NCBI GenBank assembly: GCA_963662285.2
Contig: CAXXMV010000008.1
Location: forward strand, 1,536,001 to 1,600,000
Origin: a bacterium
GTDB taxonomy: Bacteria > Hinthialibacterota > Hinthialibacteria > Hinthialibacterales > Hinthialibacteraceae
Direction: 5' to 3'
Length of the DNA stretch: 64,000 nucleotides
Within the stretch, counting starts at the first letter, position 1. Each line of letters opens with the position of its first letter. The notes below the pieces were generated by a model, which had not been told where the DNA came from, ran no database searches, and worked only from the letters and a program-made list of their open reading frames with translations. The position numbers were made by a program, and so were the translations under genes. Shown here in pieces: positions 29,547 to 39,448 of this stretch.

Positions 29547-30266
29547 TTATTGCACTAAACCTTTATTAGACATGTAAATATCGCCCGACGATTTCAATCC
29601 ATTAGAAGCGCTAAAAGTGATTTTATACGCTTGATCATGCGCATAACTCCAGGCTTGTTGATCAATACGATCCGGCCCCAAACTCGTCATCGTATAAATC
29701 GTTCCGCTGGGTTTCCAAATGGCTCGAGGAGATTCCACCCCGCCGTACGGACCAGCGTACTGAAAAAAAGCCATGCTTTTGGGATGCATACCACGAGTGG
29801 CCGAGGAACCAAAATAGGGGTCCAAGGGGATTGATGAAATGTAGGCAACCGGCGTGGTCAATTTCGAGTAGGATAAATATTCATTCTGTGAAACGCCGCT
29901 CACTCCCGGCACGCCGCCACTGTCGTAATCGGGAACGTAGGAGTTGAAATCCAATCGATACATCTCCATTGCGCTGTTCAACGCTTTCAAATCGGCGTAG
30001 GTGCGCGCCACTTGAGCTCTCATCTGCGCATTCAAAAAATTAGGTACGGCAATGGCCGCCAAAATCCCGATAATCGCAACCACGATCAGCAACTCGATTA
30101 GCGTGAAACCTTTCTTTTCAAAAAATCCTTTTCGCCAACGGTAAATCACGGTTGGTTTCAGATTATTTTCTTCGCATTTATCAGATACAAGAATATGGTT
30201 AATCAAATGACTTCGTATGAGAGTCACCTTCTCTTGCGGGGAATAATGCCTATGGATTGTCTTCAT
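29547..30266 (-). CDS. Pilin-like protein whose leader is an IS3 OrfA HTH fragment
   Basis: Residues 1-51 resemble IS3 OrfA, followed in frame by KG|FTLIELLIVVAIIGILAAIAVPNFLNAQ; GGAGG RBS. Confidence 0.85.
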   Translation of the reverse strand: MKTIHRHYSPQEKVTLIRSHLINHILVSDKCEENNLKPTVIYRWRKGFFEKKGFTLIELLIVVAIIGILAAIAVPNFLNAQMRAQVARTYADLKALNSAMEMYRLDFNSYVPDYDSGGVPGVSGVSQNEYLSYSKLTTPVAYISSIPLDPYFGSSATRGMHPKSMAFFQYAGPYGGVESPRAIWKPSGTIYTMTSLGPDRIDQQAWSYAHDQAYKITFSASNGLKSSGDIYMSNKGLVQ

Positions 30267-30386
30267 TTGGATTTCCTCCGTTTAACTATACGAGAACGAT
30301 TCTCAATATTGCGTGCGTTAATACTGGTTTTGTTAACAGCAATAACTTAAACGATGGATAATATCATTTCCAACTTAGACAATACA
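30114..30386 (-). mobile_element. IS3-family left-end remnant (putative IRL plus 5' part of orfA)
   Basis: RHYSPQEKVTLIRSHL..VSDKCEENNLKPTVIYRWRKGFFE fits the IS3 OrfA HTH pattern. TGTATTGTCTAAGTTGGAAATG starting at 30386 is a TG-initiated candidate end. Confidence 0.7.
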
Positions 30387-30416
30387 AGCCTACCTGGCTA
30401 GGGTGGCATCAAGGGC

Positions 30417-30508
30417 CAATGTCATTAAGTTAACTGTGTTGTCCCCTCTCCCGCCGGGAGAGGATTAGGGTGAGGGTTATTTACAAAACAACTTAGTTAA
30501 TGACATTG
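30417..30508. mobile_element. 92-bp MITE with IS4-like ends
   Basis: Perfect 12-bp TIR CAATGTCATTAA / TTAATGACATTG. Perfect 10-bp direct repeat CATCAAGGGC at 30407-30416 and 30509-30518. Confidence 0.9.
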
Positions 30509-30514
30509 CATCAA

Positions 30515-30539
30515 GGGCGCCCACGAGGAGCGCTCCTAC
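30515..30539 (-). repeat. GTAG-type REP hairpin
   Basis: Minus strand reads GTAGGAGCGCTCCTCGTGGGCGCCC. Confidence 0.75.
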
Positions 30540-30586
30540 GTGATTTATATCAATACTCACAATCCATAGAGAGTTCTTGCATCACT

Positions 30587-32480
30587 CTATTCTACAGATT
30601 TAGCGGCGAAAATCTCCTTGAAATAATCTGCTTTATCTTCATTGCGGATCAAGTCGATATATTTCGGGCCTCCGCTGTATTCGACCATAACCGTTTTAAA
30701 GAGGTCGCCTGAAAGAAGCAGTAATTCGATTTTACGCGTTGCTACACTGTCGGCGATAGCGTCTTTGAGGCGGTTGAGGCTGAATTTGCGGTTGTCTACG
30801 CCGATGATTTTAGCGTCTTCAAACAGCCCCGCTTTATCCGCCGCGCCGCCTGGAATAATTCCGGTTATGGTTCCATTGTCAGATACTTTCATACCCAGTG
30901 AGGAGAGCGACGGGTCTTTATCATAATCGGTCGGCTCATTGGCATAGACGATGCGGTATCCAAGACGGTCAAGCACGGTCAAGGGTAAATCATCATGCCA
31001 GCCGCGCACACCGGTCTTCGATCAGGGCTTTCCAATCGTAGGACATCACTTGATTGAGTAAGTCAATGACATCCTCTTCCGTGAATCCCACCCGGTTTTT
31101 AGAACTGTCATACCGCCCCAGAAACTTACGAACGAAATCATCCAGACATAGTTCGCCATCGCTCTCATCCCGCAGAATGCCGTCAATTTCATACCACAGC
31201 AGGGCGCCTTCGAAATAGTAATCCTGCGCCCGGTTGAGCCGCGACCAATATTTCCCCCAGCGGCGCCGTAGGTATGAGGATGACGCGGTATCTTCGAGAT
31301 TGGTGGATCGCCGTCCTTTTTGCTGCATCAACGAGACGATGGTTTTGCCTACGCCGACCCATTCATCCTGCAAACCGCCTTCGAATGAGCTGCGTTCGGC
31401 GGTCTTAAAAAGACCGGAACGCGCCGTCAGAACCACGCCCAGGCATTGATCGAGACCTTCATAAACCCAAAGCAGCCTTGTGTCCTTGGGGGTGTTATGA
31501 TCGGGCGTGACCATCCCCGCCGGGCGGTGATATTTACCGCACCAGCGGTGTCCATATTCGTGGGCTAACAGATGCCCGGTCACGCGCAGATTTTCGAAGT
31601 CGAGTCCACGTTCACCAACAGCATTGAGACTGGATCGTAGATGCTCTAAACCGAGGAAAGGGAAACTATCGCTGAGAATAAGCAGAAAATGATAATCGTA
31701 ATTGTGCTCGGTTCCATATAGAGCCATAGCCTGGCTGACCAGGGTTTTGAATTTATCAACTGTTTCCGGTTCGGGGTGGATGGCTTGTTTTGATTCGGAA
31801 ATCAAATGCAGGTAATGGGGCGTCCCGTTTTCGGGGGTTATATCATACTTGTTGTAATACTCTCCGCAGATCAACGGACTATCAACCAGCTCGCGGTAAG
31901 ATATCCGCTCAAAAACTGGATGTGATGCAGTATCATCTTTAGCGATCAGCGAGGAAGCCCATTGCCATTGGTCTGGTAATTTGAGTGTGAGATCGACATC
32001 AACATCGCTGATGTCATGACCGGATGGATAGAGCAGGCAGGTGTTCCAGCAAATAACGCCGATTTGAGAGGTTCCATGCGAATCGACGCCTAACGAATTA
32101 GCGTTGGCTTGATTGCAAATATAGGTTGTCTCGACCACCATCCGTTTGGCGTTTTTAGGGACCTGGGCGATGAAATGAAAAACATTATGGGGGTCGCGAT
32201 GCCATGAGACCGGTTTTCCATCAAGCGTTTTGACGCTTATTTCGGCGAGATTCTGAATGGGGCTGGTGGGGCCGTGTACGCCCTCAAGCCATTGCGGGTA
32301 ATAGAAATCAAACTGCCCCTGCGACACGCCGTAGGTGGTGGAGGCTTTGAGCAACCCACGGGGCAGATCGATTGCATCGACCTCAGCCGTGATAACCACA
32401 GCATTGGATATTGACGGCAGCAGAAAAATAGTAAGTAATATGGAGATAATCAGATAGCGGTTATTACGAATCAATTTCAT
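30587..32480 (-). pseudogene. M61 glycyl aminopeptidase with a C-terminal PDZ domain, split by one +1 frameshift near 31010 (possibly an assembly error)
   Basis: ELVDSP, GLEH, LLAHEYGHRWCGK and LWVYEG. Removing one base joins EDR to VRGWHDDLP..GIIPGGAADKAGL (PDZ). Confidence 0.8.
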
Positions 32481-32648
32481 GGCTTCAGGTTCCTTGTCAT
32501 TTAGATCATGGAGATTGCTATTACCATATGATAGTAACATAATTCAGTTCAGGAGATAATTGATGTGATCATCATATTTTAATTATTGAAACGCAAAAAG
32601 AGTTCTCCTTAAGCGAGCCTGTGCTGAATACGCAGGAAGGGATTTAAC

Positions 32649-34131
32649 ATGAAAACAGGTTATTCTTTATTATTGGCGACTGGATTGATTTTTGTCTTTG
32701 CTTTACTCCCATTGGCCGGGGAGGAAATCAATCCAGACTCTCGAATCAATGTGAGCGGCGTGTTTCCCCATTTGGCTATGGTGGCTGATCATACGCCTCG
32801 CACTGAAGCGGGAACCGGCGCCATGGTTCCCTGGGCGAACCGATTGTGGATTATTACCTATGTAGCGCACATGAAAGGCACCGGCTCTGGAACCGGGTTA
32901 TATGAAATAGACGAAAACCTGAATATGCACAAGCGGCCGGAAAGCGTGGTTGGAACCTACGCCAACCGCATGATTCACACCGAAAGCCAGCAGTTGATTA
33001 TCGGTCCCCATATCATTGATACCGAAGGCAATGTGCACACGATAGACGGAGTGAAAGACCACCGCTTGACCGTGACCATGCGGCATCTGACCGATCCGGC
33101 GCATAAGGTTTATTTTCTGGCTATGGAAGGACAACTGTTTGAGGTCGATGTTCATACCCTGCAAACCACGCTGCTCTTCAATCTGCTGGATGAATTAAAG
33201 GTTCCCAAAGACGCTAAACCCCATTTCAAAGGTGGTTTCACGGCGCATGGGCGCGTATTCGTGGCTAATAATACATACGATGAACGGGATTATAACAAAT
33301 CATGGAGCGCGGGACGTCTGGGCGCGTGGGATGGAAAGACGTGGACTGTGATTGATGATAATCCCTATACCGAAGTTTGGTGCCCCACGATCATTTGGTA
33401 ATGCTGTTTTCGCCACTGGCTGGGATAACGCTTCGGTTATACTCAAAGTGCTTACGCATGGAAAATGGTCTACCTATCGTTTACCCAAAGCCAGCCATAC
33501 CTTCGATCAGACCAGTTGCACAGAATGGATGCGTATCCGCGAAGTGGAAACCGAACGGGCCTTGATGGATTGTCATGGCATGTTTTACGAAGTTCCTTAC
33601 CATGCCTATGATGGGAAAATTTGGGGCATTCGACCTATATCGACGCATCTGCGCGTGATCCCGGATTTCTGCTCGTGGCGCGGCATGTTGGTGTTAGGCG
33701 GAAACCAGTCTACTCCTATGTCATTCGGAACGGATAGAAACTTAGTCGCCGGGCAACCGCAAGCCGGTTTATGGTTTGGCAAGACGGACGACTTATGGAG
33801 TTTTGGTAAACCTTCTGGCAGTGGAGGCGTTTGGCGTGACCTCTTCAGTGAAAAAGGGCGAACATTCCGATCCATTCCTGATGCGGGGATTTGATAAAAA
33901 AGTTGTGCATTTTAAGGCTGACTCAGATCAAGTTCCAGCCTTAGATAGAGCTCCAATTTTTACTATTGAAGTAGACTTTATGGGTAATGGAACCTGGGTT
34001 CCCTAATAAAACTATTCCAGTTTTCGACGGTTATGCTTTTCACGCTTTCCCTGATGGTTTCAGCGCCGAATGGGTGCGCATAACCGCAAGGCAGGATTGC
34101 GTGGCTACCGTCTAATTTCATGTATTCGTAA
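32649..34131 (+). pseudogene. Secreted conserved hypothetical protein broken by 3-4 single-base insertions (possibly assembly errors)
   Basis: Track ORFs 32649-33401, 33352-33894 and 33776-34006 plus frame 34008-34115 join when one base is removed at about 33378, 33841 and 34005, and probably 34114. Confidence 0.75.
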
Positions 34132-34220
34132 ACAGGGCTTTGGAATAATAAATACTGAACATACTTTGAAGAACAGTTCTCACCAGTATAATAAGCGAAA
34201 GCAAAGAAAGGGATTTATAC

Positions 34221-35688
34221 ATGAAACGTTTAGCATCTTTCACATTATTAATATTTTTAGTTGTTTTTTTCCGTTATGGATAGCCGCGCTGATATGAGTT
34301 TAGCGTATGTTGATTTATTTGACGGTAAAAGCCTGGATGGTTGGAAAGCCAACGAGAACCCCGGTTCTTTCATTGTACGCGACGGAATGCTGATCTGCGA
34401 AGGCCCCCGCTCCCATCTGTTTTATGATGGGGATGTTGAGGGCGCGGAATTTAAGAATTTTGAGTTGGTTGCTGAAGTGATGGCTACCCCCGGAGCTAAT
34501 TCGGGCATCTATTTTCATACCCGGTACCAGGAAGAAGGATGGCCTACCAAAGGTTATGAAGTGCAGATCAACAACACTCATCGCGGCGAGGGAGAATACC
34601 GCGAACTGAAAAAGACCGGCAGCCTCTATTCGGTGCGCAATGTTTATAAGTCAATCGTAAAAGATAATGAGTGGTTCACGCTGCGCATCAGCGTTATCGG
34701 CGATAAAATTACCATCTTAGTAAATGATGTTATAGTCATGTATTACACTGAACCCAAGGTTCCGGTTCGTTCAAAAGAAAAAACTGAACGAATACTCTCC
34801 AGCGGAACTTTCGCCATCCAATGTCATGATCCAAACAGCAAGGTTTATTTCAAAAGCATCAAAGTGGCGCCCATACCTGATAGCAAAAACAACAAAACAT
34901 ATGATTTCAGTTCCATAATTGTTGATGACCGCTATAAACAAATCCAGCAACTACAGGAAGGCAACTTTCCCCTGGTTGATTTCCACGTTCATCTCAAGGG
35001 TGGTCTTACGATTGAAGACGCCATTTTTAATTCATTTAAAGTCGGCATCAATTACGGCGTTGCGCCGAATTGCGGAGTAGGCTTCCCTATTACTGATGAT
35101 GCCGGGATAGACCAGTTCATCGAAAGCATGAAAGGCAAGCCGGTGTTTTTGGGGATGCAGGCTGAAGGCCGCGAGTGGGTCAATATGTTTTCCAAGGAAG
35201 CCATAGCCAAGTTCGACTACGTCTTCAGCGACTCGCTGACATTCACCGACGATAAGGGACGCCGCATGAGATTATGGATGAAAGATGAAGTCTTTGTTGA
35301 TGACAAACAGGACTTCATGGATATGTACGTGCGGAGCATCGAGTCTGTCATCAGCAATGAGCCAATCGATATTTTCGTTAATCCCACTTTCCTGCCGGAA
35401 TGCATTGCTGAAGAATATGACGAACTGTGGACCGAAGAGCGGATGATGAAAATAATCGATGCGGCGGTCAAACATAACGTGGCCATCGAAATCAACGCCC
35501 GCTATAAAATCCCCAGCGTCAAATTCATAAAACTGGCCAAAAAAGCGGGCTGTAAGTTTGCTATGGGAACCAACAACATGACTCCCGAACTGGGGCGGTT
35601 GGAATACAGCCTGGATATGGTCAAAGAATGCGGTCTGACCTGGGATGATATGTTCATGCCGAAATCAGCAGGGTGGATAGAGAAATAG
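34221..35688 (+). CDS. DUF1080 (3-keto-disaccharide hydrolase-like) plus PHP-domain protein; signal peptide frameshifted at a T7 run
   Basis: LFDGKSLDGW, ANSGIYFH, GYEVQI and AIQCHD, then DFHVHLKG and AIEINAR. ATG 34221 (MKRLASFTLLIFLVVF) joins the main frame if T7 at 34264-34270 is T6. Confidence 0.8.
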
Positions 35689-35795
35689 TATTAGTAAATT
35701 TAGCCCTCACCCTAGCCTTTTATCGCGCGGATAGGGCGCTTTGTTATACGACATTTATGATTAGTAAGAGTACTATAACGAAAAGGAGTATAACC

Positions 35796-36692
35796 ATGAC
35801 AAGAATGATTGCATCAACAATAGTATTTCTCGCATTAGTCATCGCTTTGCCCGTTGCCGGAGTGTGTGAAGATATCATCGCTCCCGGCGCCAAAGTTGAA
35901 AAACTGGCGGGTGATTTCAAATTCACCGAAGGTCCGGCGGTCGACTCGAAGGGTAATGTGTTTTTTACCGACCAACCCAATGACCGGATATTGAAATGGA
36001 GTGTTGATGGTAAACTGACAACCTTTCTACAGCCCTGCGGCCGATCCAATGGCCTCTTTTTTGATAAGCAGGATAACCTGCTTTCCTGCGCTGATAATAA
36101 AAATGAACTTTGGTCGATTGACCCCAGCGGCAAGGAGACTGTCCTGGTCAAAAACTATCAGGGTAAACTGTTAAACGGCCCCAACGATTTATGGATCAGG
36201 CCTGACGGCGGCATCTATTTCACCGACCCATTCTACAAACGCCCCTATTGGGATCGTGGTCCAGTCGAGCAAGACGGCCAATGCGTCTATTTCTATAAAC
36301 CATGCTGTAAGAAATTTATCCGCGTTATAGATGATTTTGAGACGCCTAATGGAATTATCGGGACGCCGGATGGCAAGACGCTTTATGTCTCCGATATCAG
36401 AGGCAAGAAAACCTACTCTTACAGCATCACAATGGATGGAACGCTGACTGACAAAAAGTTATTCTGCGAACTGGGATCAGACGGCATGACCATAGATAAT
36501 GAGGGCAATGTCTATCTAACCGGCAAAGGCGTCACCGTTTTCAACAAAGCAGGCCAACAAATATCTCATATCGATGTTGCAGAAAATTGGACCGCCAATG
36601 TGTGCTTCGGCGGGAAAGATATGAAAACGCTGTTCATCACCGCCAGCACAGGTTTCTATAGCATTAAGATGCGGGTTAATGGAGTTCGATAA
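35796..36692 (+). CDS. SMP-30/gluconolactonase/LRE family protein
   Basis: FTEGPA, FTDQP, SNGL, NGPND, PNGI, SDGMTID and ANVCFGG. Start moved to ATG 35796 after AAGGAG. Confidence 0.92.
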   Translation: MTRMIASTIVFLALVIALPVAGVCEDIIAPGAKVEKLAGDFKFTEGPAVDSKGNVFFTDQPNDRILKWSVDGKLTTFLQPCGRSNGLFFDKQDNLLSCADNKNELWSIDPSGKETVLVKNYQGKLLNGPNDLWIRPDGGIYFTDPFYKRPYWDRGPVEQDGQCVYFYKPCCKKFIRVIDDFETPNGIIGTPDGKTLYVSDIRGKKTYSYSITMDGTLTDKKLFCELGSDGMTIDNEGNVYLTGKGVTVFNKAGQQISHIDVAENWTANVCFGGKDMKTLFITASTGFYSIKMRVNGVR

Positions 36693-36702
36693 TTAGTTAA
36701 AA

Positions 36703-36764
36703 GTAGGGTGGATTAAAAGTATTCGGTAGGGTGGGCTAAAAGCCGCGAAGCGGCGTAGCCCACC
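36703..36764 (+). repeat. GTAG REP, one partial and one full copy
   Basis: GTAGGGTGGATTAAAAG, then GTAGGGTGGGCTAAAAGCCGCGAAGCGGCGTAGCCCACC. A degenerate copy lies at 37017-37044. Confidence 0.8.
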
Positions 36765-36774
36765 ATGATATATG

Positions 36775-37108
36775 ATAAACCTTAAAAAAAGTGAGGATTA
36801 TTACCATGAATCGTCGAGAATTCTCAGCTATGGGTGCCAAGGGCAGTGTTCTTTCTGCCCTTGACGAACAACTATAGAGAAAGGGAATAGTCCTTATGAT
36901 TCTGTCTCCTGCGTGTAAAGTTAATAAAAATATAGAAATTTATAAAGTGAACTCAATCAAGGGCAGAAAATACACTGCCCTTGGCGCCCGATATTATCCT
37001 ATCCTAAGTTAAAAAAGGTGGGTTAAAAGCGAAGCGTAGCCACCATGATTAAAAATAAACCTTAAAAAAAGTGAGGATTATTACCATGAATCGTCGAGAA
37101 TTCTCAGC
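36775..37108 (+). repeat. Perfect 54-bp direct repeat (36775-36828 and 37055-37108) that duplicates an RBS and gene start
   Basis: ATAAACCTTAAAAAAAGTGAGGATTATTACCATGAATCGTCGAGAATTCTCAGC occurs twice, 280 bp apart. Confidence 0.95.
36832..36989. mobile_element. REPIN-like inverted doublet of family-A hairpins
   Basis: Hairpins at 36832-36864 (+) and 36957-36989 (-). The AT-rich spacer is homologous to that of 55557-55780. Confidence 0.8.
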
Positions 37109-37871
37109 CGCAGCAGCTGCAGCAACGGTCGTCGGCATATCTTCTGCAAATGCCTCCACCAATAAAACTGATCAACAGTACATAGAGTTACGGCATTATC
37201 AAAGCCTGTATGGATCAAAAAAGGGATTGCTGGATCAATTCCTGCAAGAGGCCGCTATCCCTGCTTTGAAAAGATTGGGAATTGGGCCGATCGGCGTTTT
37301 TTCGGTTAAATATGGAACATCCAGCCCGTCCGTATATGTGTTGATGCCCCATGATTCATGCGAATCGGCGCTGAACGTTAACCGTAAACTGTTGGATGAC
37401 AAGCAGTTTCTTAAAGATGGAGCGAATTTCCTCAACGCTTCGTTATCTGATCCTTCTTACATGAGGATGGAAAGCAGGCTGATGAAAGCCTTCAGCCACA
37501 TGCCTAAAGTAGAGGTTCCAGAAGCAGTTAAAGGGAAAAGTTCCCGCATTTTTGAAATGCGCACCTACGAAAGCCATAGCGAAATAATGTCCAAGAAAAA
37601 GATTGAAATGTTCAATGAGGGCGGCGAAATCGCAGTATTCCGCAAGACTGGTTTACACCCGGTCTTCTTCGGAGAATCGCTATTCGGTCCGCAATTACCC
37701 AATCTGACTTATATGCTGAGTTTTGAAGATATGGAGACCCGCGATAAGAATTGGAAGCAGTTCGTCAGTTCACCGGAATGGAAAGAACTAAGCGGAAAGC
37801 CGGAATATAAAGATACTGTATCGAATATATCGGATATTATCCTGCAACCTAAAGGTTATTCTCAGATATAG
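37086..37871 (+). CDS. Tat-exported tandem NIPSNAP-domain protein
   Basis: MNRREFS signal, YIELRHY, IFEMRTYES, PNLTYML and NWKQFVSSPEW. Confidence 0.88.
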   Translation: MNRREFSAAAAAATVVGISSANASTNKTDQQYIELRHYQSLYGSKKGLLDQFLQEAAIPALKRLGIGPIGVFSVKYGTSSPSVYVLMPHDSCESALNVNRKLLDDKQFLKDGANFLNASLSDPSYMRMESRLMKAFSHMPKVEVPEAVKGKSSRIFEMRTYESHSEIMSKKKIEMFNEGGEIAVFRKTGLHPVFFGESLFGPQLPNLTYMLSFEDMETRDKNWKQFVSSPEWKELSGKPEYKDTVSNISDIILQPKGYSQI

Positions 37872-37880
37872 TGGTTTTGA

Positions 37881-37907
37881 TGGGTCGATAAAGCCGACCT
37901 ATCCTAC
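37881..37907 (-). repeat. GTAG-type REP hairpin, degenerate
   Basis: Minus strand reads GTAGGATAGGTCGGCTTTATCGACCCA. Confidence 0.6.
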
Positions 37908-37923
37908 GCATAAGATAAGGCGG

Positions 37924-38039
37924 ACTGGGTGACAAGGGCAAGAGCGCATTGCGCTCAGCCCTTGATCAAACCACTAACGATAGGGTGAAAATTCCTTAAC
38001 TTAATGACATTACCTTTCATAGGCGCCCTGCCGGGCGCA
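37924..38039 (+). mobile_element. One-ended MITE fragment (family-A hairpin plus IS4-like right end) between 15-bp direct repeats
   Basis: 37925-38028 aligns with 21734-21835. CATAAGATAAGGCGG occurs at 37909-37923 and 38040-38054. Confidence 0.8.
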
Positions 38040-38047
38040 CATAAGAT

Positions 38048-38079
38048 AAGGCGGTGGATCAAACGATCCACCGCCTTTT
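38048..38079. terminator. Terminator between convergent genes
   Basis: Perfect 13-bp stem AAGGCGGTGGATC-AAAC-GATCCACCGCCTT followed by TT. Confidence 0.85.
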
Positions 38080-38122
38080 AATTACTGAATAATAAATAAT
38101 CACTGAGGATTATTATTATAAT

Positions 38123-39448
38123 TTATCGAAGCAGTTCCCATGAAGCTGCGGATGAAGCCGGGCCATGGAATACTTCAAAATCATCTGAGAATACAACATT
38201 GCCAGCTGCATCAGAGATAACGACGTTATCAATAGCAACAATCTCACCAGCGCGAGTTGAAGGAGTGATGCCTGCAAAACCATCAGCGCGGTTCTGTGGA
38301 TCCGGGAAATCCCAAGCAGTCATGGCGAAATCATCAATTGAACCAGTAACAGTAGTTCCATCAGAAGCCATGCTGAATGCATATTGAGTTCCAACTGCCC
38401 ATTCAAACTCTTCCTTTACGGCGCCCCAAGCGCGATTGTCGTTCAAAAATTCAACGCGATTAAGTTCTTGATGAAGAAGAAGGCAAATACCGCGATCATT
38501 AGCGCCATCAGGAGCAGTTCCATCAGGCTGAATGTGCAATGCCAGGCCGGCGCGGCTATGATCATGAGTAGGATCGCTCCAGCTCAACATAGTAACGTCA
38601 GCAGAGATGCTTCCACCGCCAACCAATGCTTCGCCATACCACATATGTTTAGGATCGGCGCCATTAGTAGCGATTCCATATAGTTGACCATCATTAACTA
38701 CATAATAACCGGCGTTGCCGGCAACCCAGTCGCTGCTTGTGCCCAATGCGGCGGGAGCTTCGCCTGTACCTTCAAAGTCGTCGGAGAATACAACTGTTCC
38801 GCCAACGGAAACTTCAAAATTATCGAAGTATACAACTTCTCCCAGATTAGTACTGGCCGTAACGCCTGCGAATCCAGTCGTACGTTCTTCAGGATTAACA
38901 AAAGCCCATTCGGCTACATCGATCATATCGGCTGCATTATCTCTGTTTGTGACTGAACCGGTAATAGTATCGCCGCTAAAAGTGATTACAAATGTATACC
39001 AGGTACGGGTTGTCCATGCAAAAGGCGTCGCCGGACCCCAACCACGCAAGTCGTTCAAAAACTCAACGTTGTCATACATCGCGTTTTCATCGTGAAATAA
39101 CAGATTGACGCCGCGATCATGAGCGCCATCAACAGCTGTTCCATTTGGCTGAAGGCGTCCAACGATGCCAGCGCGGCTTGGATCGCCGCCCTTCCATGTC
39201 AACATGTTGACGTCGCATTTAACGGTGTAATCGCTTCCAAAATCCTGGTCGACCCAGGCATGTTTGGGATCGCCGCCGCTGATTGATGCTCCGCACATAA
39301 CGCGGTTGCCATCATCTTCAACGATGATATATTGTCCATATTCACCAACTTGCCAATCATTTCCCAACTTGTAATGAATTCCAGCGAAAGCGGCGCTTGA
39401 GAAAGCAACGCAAATCACCAAAGTCATTAATGCTAAACGTTTACTCAT
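38123..39448 (-). CDS. Secreted protein with two tandem lectin-like beta-sandwich repeats and a short Trp-containing tail
   Basis: Signal peptide. DPKH.W, SRAG, QP.GTA.DGA.DRG, VEFLND.R.WG, GFAG.T.ST and VVFSDDFE each occur twice. Ends SSAASWELLR. Confidence 0.8.
   Translation of the reverse strand: MSKRLALMTLVICVAFSSAAFAGIHYKLGNDWQVGEYGQYIIVEDDGNRVMCGASISGGDPKHAWVDQDFGSDYTVKCDVNMLTWKGGDPSRAGIVGRLQPNGTAVDGAHDRGVNLLFHDENAMYDNVEFLNDLRGWGPATPFAWTTRTWYTFVITFSGDTITGSVTNRDNAADMIDVAEWAFVNPEERTTGFAGVTASTNLGEVVYFDNFEVSVGGTVVFSDDFEGTGEAPAALGTSSDWVAGNAGYYVVNDGQLYGIATNGADPKHMWYGEALVGGGSISADVTMLSWSDPTHDHSRAGLALHIQPDGTAPDGANDRGICLLLHQELNRVEFLNDNRAWGAVKEEFEWAVGTQYAFSMASDGTTVTGSIDDFAMTAWDFPDPQNRADGFAGITPSTRAGEIVAIDNVVISDAAGNVVFSDDFEVFHGPASSAASWELLR

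Noticed and set aside
28754-30266. Diversity-generating retroelement or pilin gene-conversion cassettes
   Set aside because: No reverse transcriptase, no adenine-specific TR/VR pair, and the paralogs are too diverged at DNA level.
31005-34270. Programmed ribosomal frameshifting
   Set aside because: No slippery heptamers or stimulatory structures are evident, and 3-4 shifts in one gene is implausible.
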